Source of the DNA: Carcharhinus amblyrhynchos
Taxonomy: Eukaryota
Length of the DNA: 64,000 nucleotides
Reading direction: 5' to 3'
NCBI GenBank assembly: GCA_965287045.1
Contig: OZ336877.1
Span: forward strand, 68,696,001 to 68,760,000
The notes beneath the pieces are model-generated. The model was not told the DNA's origin. It saw only the letters and a list, made by a program, of their open reading frames with translations, and made no database searches. A program made the position numbers and the translations under genes. The stretch's first letter is position 1. Each line of letters starts with the position of its first letter. This document shows positions 1 to 12,815 of the stretch, in pieces.

Positions 1-2382
1 TAAGATACATTTCCGCTGTGTTCCCAGTCTGTTATGGCAGTGCTGTATTTTCCATTGTGATCTGGGGTCCTCCAAGAGTGTGCTTATTGATGCAGCTGAG
101 AGCTCATTAGCATTTATTAAAATGAAAAGGAACACCATTGGAGTTCCCAGATCCTGTGATTTGTGTTCCCATTGCACAAAGGCAATCAGGAACAAAATAA
201 ATGAGCTGTACCTGTTGCTCATGTAGCTCGTACTGGCAGTGGTCCTTTAGTTTGAAGCCTGGAGCCTGAAAATAATGTTCAGAGGAGTTTATTGGAATTG
301 CAGAAGAGCTCTTAACACATTCTTCCCCCAGTGACATTGAGGTGTCCAAAGACATTGGTTTCTGGGACATTATATTGGCACTCAGGCTAATCTAATGAAT
401 AGATCAGTGATGTAACCAAATGCATTAACCACATAACCTCAGCGTCTACAATTCACCGGCAGTTTTGAGGGGGACACTCATTCGTGGATTCACAAAGCAA
501 AAATATCCAGAAGTTCAAGAGACCCCTACTGAATGCCTTGCTGAGAGAAAATCAGTGGTGCAGTAAGGGGTGTTCTGGGATTACAGTTCAGTCATGTTAA
601 AGTGGAAATGTGAAGTGAGATTTACTTACTGTATGGCCAGCGTTTTTCCTGAACTTTCTGCCTTTCTGCTTTTTCTGAAGAATGTAAGGGCTTCACAGGG
701 TTTTGACTCATGAGAGTAAACCCAGCTGTCCCTACCGGCACAGCTAATAGAATGGTGACATTGTTAACCAAAAACAAAATAGCCTCAATTTCACACCTGA
801 CACATAATGAGACAGGGTATGCAATAGCAGCAGAGCAATTTGCTAATTCTATGCTGCATGCACCTTGCACTATTTTGAAAGGCATTGCTCAGGCTATGCA
901 CAAGGCCCTCACTACAGCCAGAGCAGAACCCAAGGCTATTTTAACTTGCAGTAGCTACTATGAATAAGAGGGTACATTGTGCTGCTATGTGGTGAATTTG
1001 GGAAATAATTAAACTCACCTGACATGATCATATTTCAACCTCATATTTCACAGCTGGCTGAGAGATTGCACCAAAAAATGAAACATATAAAATGACATCC
1101 AATAAAAAAATGCAATGCACACGCTGAGATAGGTTGTCCTAGTCTTCAAAAATGACAAGGTACCTCTCACATTGTGAGTGTATAGTAAAACATTGTGGGT
1201 CTACTATCAGAGCATATATGGAGAGAGGAAGGGAAATCCAAAGTAAAATCAATGTCAGAGAATTCAAAAGAAAATGATTACATTCAGATTGATATCACAG
1301 CCAAAACCCACTGATCACTGAAAATCTGCAAGAAACTGGGTGGATACTCCACAGTAACCCGGGTGCATTCTCCAGGTTTAAATTCAGCAAATTAACTCAG
1401 ATTGGTCCAATCAATTTTGAATGTTTTGTTTATCGTTTGGCATTCATTTTGTTTTGAATCAGCCCATTTTAGATGTTCACTCATCTAAACATAAAGGTTC
1501 TATTTTTCCAATTTTACTTAAACAATTGTGATATTAATAAAAACATGTGAAATGGGATCTTTTCCTTAAGAAATTTGGCCAGAGATCTACAAACAATGAT
1601 ATCAAGTGACTTCAGAGGAAAAGTTCCTCTTGTTGGACTTAGTATATGTTGAATTTCTACCAAATTGGAGATGTATCTCTTCAAGTTCTTGATTTTGGGT
1701 GGAAATGCTTTGAATTAAAATGCAACTCTTAATTTTTATTCCATTGATATAAAGCCCAGCAATGTTGCATATGTCCTGACAGCCAGACATGCATGGTTGC
1801 ACATGATATTAATGTGTGGAGAGCTGTCTGTGCAGTTCAGAGGTACATACTATTAATTCAGAATACATTGTCACAAAATGGGGTTTCTATTAGTATGTGG
1901 AGTTTTGTAGCCTGTAGGGTAATATTGACAGCATTCATTTATGGACACAATGAGTACTGTCCATGTTGACAGGTGCATGCATATTAACTAGTTCGAGGCA
2001 AAATACTGTGTGTACACCAGAGGATAAAATATTGCTATGGACATTAATGTAAAAAGATGTTCATTCATGTGGATTAAGCTTGCCACTTCCCCAGTGCACA
2101 ATGAATCTGTTTTCCCTGGCAAATAACATAACTGTTTTGTACTTTGGTACCATTCACTAGTTCTTTCCAGTAATCTTTATAGTACCCTCATATTACTTCA
2201 ATAAAAAGGAGACCATCTCTGATTTGCAAGGTAGGATATGAGAAATTTAACATTGGTTTCCAGCATTTCTATTGAACTTGCTGTGATTCGATTCATAAAA
2301 TATTGGACCCACTCGATAATAAAATCTTATTTGGTATACAAATTCAGATACTGGCATCTTTTCTTTTTCACTTCTGTACCAA

Positions 2383-2490
2383 TTTTCTGACATTTCAACA
2401 AATAACTACACTACAAACAAATTTTACTTAATTGGCCAGCAAGCACTTTGGAACATCCTGTTATGTAAATGGAAGTCTTGCTTTCTTATT
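2383..2490 (+). mobile_element. 3' tail fragment of Deu-SINE/L2 (degraded)
   Basis: Resembles the 3' end of the Deu-SINE at 6735-7180 (acattacaa...aagcactttgg...taaatgcaagtctt). Confidence 0.5.
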
Positions 2491-2567
2491 TCTTTAACTC
2501 TTCTGTTATTTCTGAGTGTATTGCAATGGAAGTTCTTTCTATAATGGTTATTTTGTTCAAGATACTT

Positions 2568-3542
2568 GGGCGTAACTTTTGCTGCCAAGGCAGGATAGGT
2601 TTGGGTACAGGAGGGGTGGACATTAAATCAGCGGATCAGAAACACAGCATGATTTTGCCCAAGTTCAGCTTTTTATTCGAGTGTGTTCCGAGATGAGCGA
2701 GAAGCCATTATGAAACTGTCAGCCCAAATACTTAAATATTTAAACATTCAATTAATTGAGCCTTTAATCCAAAGTTCTGGTTTTCCTAACCAGCATTGCC
2801 CAAGTTGTGTGAAATTCGCCACGGTTAACAAAATAAAAGCACAACTATAACTCAATGGTCAGTGAAGCTGACGGGAAAGTCATTAAATAGTGAAGCTGCA
2901 GAGTTATATCTCTGCCTATGTGAAAGATTTAAGCTCAACTGATTTTTTTCTTGCAAGCTTTTGGAAGTTATTTCACCTACTTTGGGCTTGTCCATTTTGA
3001 TGTGTACTTCCCTACAGTCAGTCTTTGCTGCAGCTTGAGAACAACTTGTGCAGCCTCACCATGACCTTTACTGAGGAACAACAGGAGCAACCACATCAAT
3101 GGCAATAGCACCAGCAGCAGAACAAAAGCAGCAGTTGCCTTCTCCACAGAACAAACAGGATAGACAGAGGGCTGCAGCTTGAAGGATTAGATGCATTGAC
3201 ATGATGACAGGCCATTGCTGACATCTGCAGCCTCTTGGAGGAAGACCTCTTTTCCTGTGGGCCAAGTCAACAGACATTGTCATTGGCGATCAAGATTACC
3301 AGACCCCTGATTTTTTCACTCCTCATTCCTGCTAGGGATCTCCTGGTGATATCTGTGGAATTTCACAATTAACTTCCCACAAGAGTACCTCCCAAGTGAT
3401 TGATACCATGTTTGCAAATGCTATCACTGATGTGCACTTTGACACAGCTGAGGTCAGTCAGAGAAAGAGGGTTCTCCCACTTGTTGCAGAATCTGGATTC
3501 GCACAGGTAGAGGCAATCTTTGGCTGCACACACGTGGCGATC
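2568..3542 (+). mobile_element. Degraded PIF/Harbinger relic with transposase fragment
   Basis: 3480-3542 translates LVAESGFAQVEAIFGCTHVAI, matching the Harbinger/HARBI1 motif AGFPxVQGxIDCTHV(A)I; Q-rich N-terminal-like stretch at 3070-3180; GGG-starting TIR-like end at 2568. Confidence 0.6.
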
Positions 3543-3632
3543 CTGAAGAAGGAGCCTGAGACTCCCAAAGCTTGTGTTGCCAAAAAAATCTGTTGGACTT
3601 TAACCTGGTGTTGTGAGACTTCTTACAGTGCC
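3543..3632 (+). mobile_element. Penelope-like element terminal fragment with degenerate hammerhead core
   Basis: ctgaagaaggagc...ctcccaaagcttgtg...gttggactttaacctggtgttgtgagacttctt; same family as the arms at 57065-57226. Confidence 0.75.
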
Positions 3633-4419
3633 AACAGGCAGCTCCAGGTAATGCTATGGGCAGTGCCCAGAAAGTGCCAGTCATGACCCTTTACCCTTGA
3701 GTGATACACTTGCCTGAGCTCTTCTGGTGGGTTCTGCTCCCTGAATGCATGCTGTGAGATATCTGTTGCGATTCACAGCATCCCTATGTGAATGGATAAT
3801 GTAACAGGATGGGAGAGGGGGATTATCAGGTGTAGAGACCTGATAATCAGATGCTCATTCATTCAAATGGCAATCTCAATATTGAACATGTTGATCCCAA
3901 TTCGTCACTGGCTGGGAGGCGGGGATAGCTGCATCACTCCCTTACGTTAGTGTGAAATATGATTTGGGTTTCTTGTGGGATATTCCACTCCTGTCGACGA
4001 TCTTGTCCAGTGAAAAAATTGAGTTGGAGGAGGAGGTAGGGGCTGATCCGATGTGTTCGGTGTGCCAGCAGATGCTCACTTGCCTGCCAGAGAAGGCCGC
4101 GACAAGATAACATCAGTGAATGAAGTCACATGGGACAACAATACTAAACACTACTACCTCACCCCTAAAACAAATGATTCCCACATGTGATCCTACCATC
4201 AGATTCACACATTCTGTTCATCTGCCACTCTAGTCATCCTATTCTCCTGAAGGCGAATATTTATTTGAAATTGGGATGGAAAGAATAAAGGTGGCAGGAC
4301 AATGGACATTTCAGATAAAATGCTTGATTCATTTAAATCTCCACAGACTTAACAACACTGCCATTGTTACAAATACCTAAATGTTCATCCTTATGCAATG
4401 AAGAAACCTTCCTCTTTTA

Positions 4420-4523
4420 CTTTGACTTGAATTGGTAAATTCAAATTTGCCATACTGGGATTTGAACCCAGATCCCCAGTTTATTACATTGGATTGCCAA
4501 TCCAGTTACACTATCACCTCCCC
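4420..4523 (-). mobile_element. tRNA-SINE head fragment (same family as 6221-6570)
   Basis: ttcaaatttgccatactgggatttgaacccagatcccca...atccagt aligns with the head of the 6221-6570 copy. Confidence 0.55.
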
Positions 4524-4869
4524 ATGCCCCGCATTATTTGACAACCTACTTATCTCTACTGTCGGATCCACCATGGTATGAGAATCTGCATTACTAGAAG
4601 GTGTACATGAACCCCTCCTTGGAGGACTCTTTGGCTCCCTCAATGCTGCAGCCTTGTTCCTTTTGAAAGATTTATGGGAGATACATTGGAACTAACATGG
4701 GGAAAGGGTTCAAAGTCCATGGGCACAATTTTCCTGGCCCATTGTGCTACTTGAGTAGTGCAGTGGACCGTGAGATATCAGTGGATGCTCAGCCGGTCAC
4801 AATTCTCCCAGGCCATTTTTTCAGACTATAATCAGCCTTTCACTGGAAATCAGCTATTTGACTGCTCTC

Positions 4870-5515
4870 AGGGATCAGTCACTGTCATCTGCCTAGACCA
4901 TTAATACATGCAAGCCATGATTCTTACTAACAAAATCACCACAGACCTTTTCACAATGAAAACTGGGATCAAACAAGGCTGTGTCATTGCATTAACTCTC
5001 ACCATTTTTTTCATGGGAAACCGTCCACCCTGCGTTACTTCTATCCAGAACAAAACCACATCAATTGCAGACATAGACCATGCACTTGTATGTGTGCTAA
5101 TACAGAAACTGAGCTCCAGGTTATTGTTGACTCCTTTTCCAAAGCATATGAGAATCTGTGCCTTTCATTAAACATCTGCAAAACTAAGGTCCTCTTTCAA
5201 CCAGCTTCACCAATAAAACACTTGCCCCTCATTGATTAAGATCAATGGGTGGACTGTTTTCCAAAACTTGGGAGCCCCCTCTTGAAGGCTGAAGTAAATG
5301 GCAAAATTCATTATTACCTTTTTCAGCAGCACAACCTTCCACTAACGGAGGAAATGAGGTTTTGAGGACTAGGAGCTTAGATCTAACACTGAGATCATGG
5401 TTTTCCCAGGCAATCCTGCATTCCAGTATGCTTCAGAGACTTTGACGTACTGCAGGCATCAAAAGCACTAAGGAAGTGCCACCACTGGGTGCTTACACAA
5501 GGTCTTCCAAATCAC
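4870..5515 (+). mobile_element. RTE-clade LINE reverse transcriptase fragment
   Basis: MQAMILTNKITTDLFTMKTGIKQGCVIALTL resembles the RTE RT motif GVKQGCVIAPTLF; followed by degraded KTKVLFQP and LGS motifs; frameshifted. Confidence 0.75.
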
Positions 5516-5599
5516 ATCTATTCATTGTATTGCAGGTTAGTTCTGCCTGCAGTTTTAAACAATGGCTGCCTCCAGCCAGTGCTCATTGGCTGTGCTCAA

Positions 5600-5780
5600 C
5601 AGCAACTGACACAGTTTTGTGAGTGCTAGTGCTACTTAAAAGCAGCCTGAACCTCTAAAAGCGCAGGTCTACCCTGGCTGCCTGAAGTGATGGGAATTCT
5701 TTGAAAAGTGCACCTGGAGCATGCAGGAGGGCAAGCATTAAGATTTTCTGACAATGCTCTGGCATGCTTGTTGCAAGGAT
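5600..5780 (+). mobile_element. Harbinger subterminal / Myb-SANT N-terminal fragment
   Basis: GQALRFSDNALACLLQ resembles the APRFSDxxLExL start of Harbinger Myb/SANT proteins. Confidence 0.4.
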
Positions 5781-5804
5781 CTGGAATCCACGACCTCAGC
5801 TCCT

Positions 5805-6035
5805 GCCTTTTCACCATCCAAATCTCCAAACACTCCTTCCAAGTGAAACAGTGATTTACCCACACTTCTTTCAATTTAATATATTGTATTCACTGTTCAC
5901 AATGTAGTTTTCTCTACAGTAGGGACACCACATGTTAACTCTCTCTACAGCTGCTGCCTGACCTGCTGAGTATTTCCAGTATCTTTTTTTGTTCTGCTTC
6001 AGATTTCTAGAGTTCTCAACATTTTGCCTTTGTGT
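5805..6035 (+). mobile_element. Penelope GIY-YIG endonuclease fragment joined to terminal repeat
   Basis: TIQISKHSFQVKQ*FTHTSFNLIYCIHCSQCSFLYSRDT resembles GIY-YIG NLVYCIRCSxCGLLYIGET; followed by the gctgcctgacctgctgagtatttccag terminal motif. Confidence 0.75.
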
Positions 6036-6220
6036 TAAGATAGGGCTTTAGTTACGGTGGTTAGTTAGGAAATGGCAGAACTGGCACTAAATCAGCATTG
6101 CACACTGATTCGCATCATGATCATGCTGCTCTGCATGTGCAGCCAGTCATCCTTATGTGTGTGTGTGCCCAAATCCTTTTACCAAAATGGAGCCCAGCAG
6201 ATTTTTCAGCAGAAGTACAC

Positions 6221-6570
6221 TTTTTTTATTCATTCATGGGAAGTAACATGGCTGGCTGGACCAGCTTTTATTGCCCATCCCTGAGGGCATGTAAGACTCA
6301 ACCACATTGCTGGGGGTCTGGAGTCATATGTAGGCCAGACCGGGTATGGATGGCAGGTTTCCTTCCCTAAGGGAGATGAATGAACCAAATAGGATTTTGT
6401 GACAATTGACAATGGTTTCATGGTCATCACTAGACTTTTAATTCCACATTTTTTTTATTGAATTCAAATTTCCTCATCTGGCGTGATGGGATTTGAATGT
6501 GGATCCCCAGAGCATTACCCTGAGTCTTTGGATTACTAGTCCAGCGACAATACGACTATGCCACCACCTC
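6221..6570 (-). mobile_element. Full-length tRNA-derived SINE
   Basis: Minus strand has an A-box-like tggcatagtcg, a B-box-like ttcaaatccc, and a 3' tail gggatgggcaataaaagctgg...cccatgaatgaataaaaaaa shared with the LINE end at 16225-16298. Confidence 0.85.
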
Positions 6571-6734
6571 AATTTGCATTTTGAATCCCATCTCTAAGCA
6601 TTAGGTGGGTGTGTAGTATCTAAAAGCATGCACTACACTGCCACATTTAGCCTCCATTATCTTTCTGACATATCGGTGGAGTGAGAAGGACCAGTTTTTG
6701 TCCTGTTGTGTCACAAATGATAGCTAATTAGCGA

Positions 6735-7180
6735 TCAGTGTTAGCTATGGCTCAGTTTTTATCACACTTGCCTCTGAATCTTTAGGTTCAAGACTCACTC
6801 CAGGGCTTGGGCATAAAAATAAGGAATAACACGCTGGTGCAGTACTGAAGGAGTGCTGCACCACCTTTTGAATGAGATGTTAAACCAAAGCCTCTTCCGT
6901 CTGTTTGGATGGATGTAAAAGATCCCCTGGCACTATTTTGGAGAGTAAGGAATTATCCCCAAAATCCTGGCAATATTTATCAACAACATCACAAGAAACA
7001 GATCTTCTGGTCATTATCATATTATGGTTTGCAGGAGTTTGCTGAGTACAAAGGAACTGCCACCATTCTGACATTACAAAAGTGACCATACTTCAAAAAA
7101 TAGTTCTTTAACTGTAAAGCACTTTGGGGCATCCGCTCGCTGATTGTGAAAGACATTATATAAATGCAGATCTTTCTTTT
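6735..7180 (+). mobile_element. Deu-SINE (SacSINE1-like)
   Basis: tRNA-like head, Deu-domain-like core gagtgctgcac...gatgagatgttaaacc...gtaaaagatcccctggcactattt, L2-like tail ending taaatgcagatctttctttt. Confidence 0.85.
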
Positions 7181-7379
7181 GCTTATAATATTAATTAGGA
7201 TTATGGAAAGGCATGTAAATAAAATAAAACTTGATTTATATACTATTTGATTATGTGTGAATCCATTACTGTGCTTCACACAATAAATTATTTTTGGGTG
7301 GATGTACGGGTGCTACATAAGCAAATGATGCAGCCGTTCTGTGATAGAAATGTTCCACAAACACCAGGGCAATGACTGA

Positions 7380-7680
7380 GAAGTTAATCTGTTTTTTATT
7401 AGTGGTGTGAGGAAGAACAGTTGGCTGCAGCACCAAGGGAACAACCACCTTTTCTTTGAATAGTGCTACGGGATCTTTAACAAGAACTCAAACCAAAGGA
7501 ACTGTCAAAAAGAATCTTGCTTTTATGCATTGCATGAAGGTACATTTAGCAATCCAACACAGCCTCAGTATTGCAGTAGAGAACCGGCGTGGGTTGTGAG
7601 TATAAATCGTGACATGGCACTTGAACCCACATTGACCTCATGGCTGAACGCAACCAAGGAAGCTACACTGGCATCCACCA
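7380..7680 (-). mobile_element. Degraded Deu-SINE, opposite orientation
   Basis: ttctttgaatagtgctacgggatcttt is the reverse complement of the Deu core; cttgaacccac is the reverse B-box. Confidence 0.55.
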
Positions 7681-8375
7681 AAGCAGGCGAGACAATTCCA
7701 AACTGCTTGATGCATCAGGAGAAACTTAAGTTCATTTGCTTTGCTGAACTCACATGGTACAAAAATAGCAATTACACTATTTCACAATAGGAACAGTTTT
7801 CAAGGCTGAAAACAGCTTTCTCTTCAACATGTTCTTCCCTCATGTAGATAAATCAGTATGTTTGTTTTACCAGAACCTTCTTGCCTGAACAGCTATTGCA
7901 CCAGCATGTAAATTTTTCAATCTCCTGCTGGAAGCCAGGAGGTTTAGTGTGACTAGCATACTGTGATTTTTAGCATTGTCCAAATTTTAAGCTTTCCTAA
8001 CTTGCAGGTGGCAATTTGGAACATTAAATGTCTGGAATATGAAAAATTAACTGATTCAAGTATGAAAAGGAATTATAGTTATCACTTTGAAGAAATTCAA
8101 ATCTCTAGACTCTCCAAGAATGAGAGATTGCGTACCTCCATCTTTCTTCCAAAGGAACATACTCACTACGTGACTGAATGGACTGGAATGTTTTTGGGAA
8201 AATTAACTAATAAAAGACAGCCCATCCTTAAAGAGGTTTGTGATTTGGTATTGGATTATCTGTGAAGTACCTCCTGTGATTTCTTCCTGCTCCCAAACTG
8301 ATTATGGACAATGTGCAAGACCTCTGTAAACCAATAAAAAGTTATCCAAATTACCTTCGCCACTTCTACCACATT

Positions 8376-8508
8376 TTAATCAGTAACAAGGGTTATGGGA
8401 AGAAGGCAGAAAGTGGATGTGAGGATTATCATATCAGATCAGTCACGATCTCATTGAATGGTGGAGCAGACTCAATGGGCCAAATACCTCTGCTCCTTCG
8501 TCTTATGA
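8376..8508 (+). mobile_element. CR1 LINE 3' end
   Basis: aagggttatggg...gatcagtcacgatctcattgaatggtggagcagactcaatgggcc...ctgctcct. Confidence 0.85.
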
Positions 8509-8869
8509 TTTTATCCAGGTCTTTGGAAGACCCCAAGGATAGAGAAGAAAACTGAGTGTTTCTAGTTAAACAAAGGGCTACCCAGTTTTCTAGCTGATCC
8601 TTTCTGAAGTAGAAATCAGAACAGGAAGGAAAACAGAATGAGAAATCTGAATTAGCAAGGTAGATACTCCAAAGCCAGATCGACCTGGTGAAGTTGGCCT
8701 TTGGCCTTTGGTCAACGCTCCTTTCTATCTTGTTCTGATTTTTAAATCTGTGGGGTAGATTTTGACTTTATGAGATAATGTAAAACAGATGATATTGAAT
8801 CAAGAGCCACCTCTCCTAATATAAAGTTGTTTTGCTGTCATTCATTTTATAGTGTAGTAAAAAATTAAA

Positions 8870-9720
8870 TCTGCTTCATCATGTTCATAGAGTCTCATTC
8901 ATTTTTTAATTTTCTTTATGTTTCTGATCCCCTAATATATCTCAGTCTGATTTGTAGTTCACTTCCCAATCTTCTTCTAAGTTCTTTTTTTTGTATTGTG
9001 GTTTCTGATTAGCTTTCACTCCTGTATTGATTTCTAGCTACCTCTTCCCCTCATTAATGATTTGTTGTAGTTAATAATTTGTTTTCCTCTTGTTCTGATT
9101 TGGGTCTTTTCTTACTTCAATCATAATTCTAATTGCTGATTTCCTTTTCACTCTTGATTTTCTCTTGTCTCCTTTGTTCTGATTTGTCATCAAGTTTCCA
9201 CCTCACCATGAATACCTCACCTTGTCCTGAGTTTTAATATTCTTCGCTTCTTCTCCTGATCTTCAGTTCACATTCCCCTCTTATTCGTGTATCTATTCTC
9301 TTCATTCTTTTAGTTTCTTACTACTCTCACTTTGAATTCTCTTCATCTTTCTCCCCTTGTCTGATTTCCAGTTCTCCTACCCTTCCGTTCTCATTCCTCT
9401 GCCCTTTTCCCTTTGTGTTCTGATTTGTTTTTTTTCTGTTTCTTTTTTCCCTCTCATTTTTGTTTTTTTGTTCCTTTTCTAGTTTCATTCTCTGATCTGC
9501 TTTTTCCTCTTGTTTCAATTTCTGCTTCCATTTCTCCTTACTTTCAATTTCCTTGTTCTTTTTCTCTCTGCTCTCATTTCTCCTACATTTTCTCATCTTA
9601 TTCTGGATTCTGGTTTAAATGTTTCTTCCTGATTTATTTTCATTTCCCGATCTTTTCTGTGTTCCTCTGTTTAGTGGAGCATTTTCTTTCCATTTTCTCC
9701 CAACTTCCTTCTTTTGTTAA
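8870..9720. repeat. Pyrimidine-rich low-complexity / degenerate tandem repeat with recurring TCTGATTT
   Basis: Strong C/T skew; (T)CTGAT(T/C) recurs at about 8922, 8946, 9003, 9093, 9137, 9177, 9256, 9360, 9418, 9491 and 9628. Confidence 0.7.
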
Positions 9721-10399
9721 GCAGTAATATCGTAATATAGTAGATTCGAACTGTGCAATCAATTAGAGAATTATCCACTTTGAAATGGTTTATTTAATTT
9801 AATGACTGTTAATGATACAGTAAACTTCTGGAATTTGGCAACTATTTGAATTAAACTAGCTAATACATTCTTAATCAGATCGTCTTCAAACTATATCATA
9901 TTATGAATTCTGCATCACACATTGCTCTTGTGCTTAAAGGCTCTTTCAGTTGCAAAAGAGACCATTTTTAGTCTGTATTTTTTGGGATGCTTATTACTAA
10001 ATATGTTTCCAGTACAATGTCATTCAGTAAAAGTAATGAATTATTCTAGGACTTCAGTAATTTAACCGTACCAAAGTGAGTATATTACTTCCATGGGATC
10101 TTGAGCTCCTATAACCTATCTCTATTTATATGGAAGGACAGGCAGCATCGCCAACTCATATTCTCTCTAATGTTTCCATTGCATAGCCCCAAATTTTGTA
10201 ATAATCATATTTTCCTACCTAAAGTGATAAAGTAAAGCACCCTACTTTTAAAACATTATTCTGAGTGCTGTGTGTTTTTATAGACAAGAAATACAGCAGA
10301 GAAATATTTGAGTTATATATTCAAATGGAGCTCTAGGGAAAAGAATGGAGCACAGTGGGCACATGAGATTGACCTGCCCTGCGAGAACCTTCTTTTTTT

Positions 10400-10514
10400 A
10401 CTACATTACAACACTGCAAGCTACACTTCAAAAGTCCTTCAGTGGCTGTAAAGCATTTTGAGATCTCCAGTGGTTGGGAAAAATGCTATATAAATGCAAG
10501 TCTTTCTTTCTTTT
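10400..10514 (+). mobile_element. Deu-SINE/L2 3' tail
   Basis: ctacattacaac...cacttcaaaagt...ggctgtaaagcattttg...atataaatgcaagtctttctttctttt. Confidence 0.75.
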
Positions 10515-10944
10515 AAAATGGCTATTACTGAGTGCTGTTTAACGAGGAAGCTTGCTGTATGATAGAAGACATGTTGGCTGAAAAAAGTACAATTTTGTAA
10601 TCATAAGCTTTTCTTCCAAATGTTTCCGGTATTGCTAAAAACATCAATCAGTGGGAATAATAATGAAAAAATGATTTTTTTTATTTATTGAAATTCCAAA
10701 ATTTCCCTAGAAATAAAATAAACGGTGCCAAGAGTTACTATACCAAGGAAATAAAATTGTTTTGTTCATCAGTTTGTACTACTTAATTTCAGGAATTTTA
10801 ATTGAAACTGTGAGTCTTGACTTGCTATCCATTTTGTTTTGAAGATGGAAGTGCTGCAAACAATAAGCCATGACCAAAATTATTTGGATTGATTGATCAG
10901 TGGTGTTTATTTTGCTGCAAGAATAGAAGACAAGTTTTATTAGA

Positions 10945-11450
10945 TCGTAAGAAATAGGAGCAGGAGTAGACCATGGGCCCATTGAGTCTGCTCTGCCATT
11001 CAGTAAGGTCATGGCTGTTCTGACTGTGGCCTTACCTTCATTTTCCTGCCTGCCCCTCATAACCCTTAACTCCCTTAAATATATTCAGTGACCCAACTTC
11101 ACTGCTCTCCGGGAAAGAGAATTTCAAAGACTAACAACCCTCTGAGAGAAGAAATTCCTTTTCATCTCTTTCTTAAGTGGGAGAATGGTAGATCTCATAT
11201 TTTCAAACTGGTCCCCTCAGTGCTAGATTCTCCCAAAAAAGGGAACTCCTTCCCATCATCTACCCTGTCAAATTCCCTCAGAATCATGTTCTGATAATAT
11301 CACCCATTGCTTCTAAACTCCAATGCTTATAGGCACAACCTGCTCAATCTTCCTCATACAACAATTCCTTCACTCTAGGAATTCCTTCACCCTGAACTGC
11401 TTCCAATACAAATATATTCCTGTTTACGTAAGGAGACCATAATCATATAC
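10945..11450 (-). mobile_element. CR1 LINE 3' fragment
   Basis: taagaaataggagcaggagtagacc tail; aligns with the CR1 copies at 19247 and 53467. Confidence 0.85.
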
Positions 11451-11789
11451 AGTTTTAATTAGGTAATGGATCAGTCTGCATCATTGAAAGGAGAGGCAAT
11501 ATAGTTAAGGTAAAGATCTTGTAACAACTGAACTGGCAGCCTAGTTGGTAAGCCCCAACTCCCTAGTTGACTGGAAAGTTAGGATTTCTAGCATTCAGCA
11601 AGGACAGCCATAATCAGTCAATGAATAATCCTACTCTAGTGTGATATTAGAAGGCTTTCATTTACTAAATGCTGTTAAGTTAAAATTTACAGACAATGTG
11701 AGTGGAGAGAGGGTTAAGCACAGGTTAAAGAGATGTGTATTGTATCCAGCCGGGACAGTTAGTGAGATTTTGCAAGCCCAGGCAAGTCA

Positions 11790-11890
11790 TAGGGGTTACA
11801 GATGGTGTGACATGAACCCAAGATCCCGGTTGAGACTGTTCTCACGTGTGCGGAACTTGGCTATCATCTCTGCTCAGCGACTCTGTGTTA
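11790..11890 (-). mobile_element. Penelope ORF C-terminal fragment (second family)
   Basis: Minus strand reads TQSR*AEMIAKFRTRENSLNRDLGFMSH, similar to the GIY-YIG C-terminus EQKLIAKFRTHEDGLNRDLGF. Confidence 0.65.
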
Positions 11891-12134
11891 CAGCATCTCC
11901 ACATCAAGTTCAAACTTGGCAGAGTTCAGTCAGGCTTGTTTGGGATTACCCTCGCAATATGCTCCGTCAGGTCAGTATATTATTAAACAATACTTGTTGT
12001 AACAAGAACAAAGGAATCTGGAAAAATTCAGCAGGTCTGGCAGTATCTATTCGGAAGGAAACACAGTCCATAGACTCTTCATCAGAATTGAAAGGAGTGA
12101 GAATGTAGAAATTGTAACAAAAAGGAGCAACTTT

Positions 12135-12815
12135 AAGGACTAAAGGTAGACTGATTCAGGGATGATGCACCGACATTTGAGGAAAGATTGAGCTGGAGTC
12201 CAGGAGAATGAGGGGGAGCCTCATAGAAGGTTACTGAATTCTAACTGGATTAGACAGGGTAGATGAGAGAAGGATGTTCTCAATGGTGGGGTGTCCAGAA
12301 CCATGGATCATCATCTAAGGATACAGGGTAAACCTTTTAGGATGAGGTCAGAGATATCTGTTCACCCAGAGCATGATAAACCTGTGGAATTCACTACCAT
12401 AGAAAGCAGCTGAGGCCAAAACATTGAGGCTAGAATTCTCTGGCCATTCATGCTGGTGGGATTCTACAGTCCCACTTAGCAGTGCACCCCCACCTGCAGA
12501 TTTCCTGTCGGTGTGGGATGACATCAGTGGGAATTCCGATTGACAGCAGCAGAACCAGAAGATCCTATCACTAACAAACAACATACCACCTCCCGCCAGC
12601 GGGAAACATTGACTGGGAGACTGGAAAATCTCACCCTATCTATTTTCAAGAAGGTGTTAGACATAGTTCTCAGGCTACAGGGGATCAAAGGATATGGAAA
12701 AAAGCCGGAGTTCAGGCTATCGAGTTAGATGACCAGCCATGATAATAATGAGTGGCAGAGCAGGCTCAAAGGACCGAATGGCTTATTCCTGCTTCAATTT
12801 TCTATTTTTCTAAAT
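12135..12815 (+). mobile_element. CR1 LINE 3' part nested in Penelope
   Basis: agactgattcagggatg...ttagacagggtagatg...ttcacccagag...ctgtggaattcactacca...ggaccgaatggcttattcctgct. Confidence 0.85.
12427..12636. mobile_element. Harbinger-type MITE nested in CR1
   Basis: Imperfect TIRs aggctagaattctc / gaaaatctcaccc; splits the CR1 sequence aaaacattg|tattttcaag. Confidence 0.7.

Noticed and set aside
107-885. Minus-strand ORFs with a GTAAGT donor near 624-629
   Set aside because: No recognisable protein and no convincing acceptor; cannot be supported
9327-9727. K/E-rich (-) and F-rich (+) ORFs
   Set aside because: Artefacts of the pyrimidine-rich low-complexity tract
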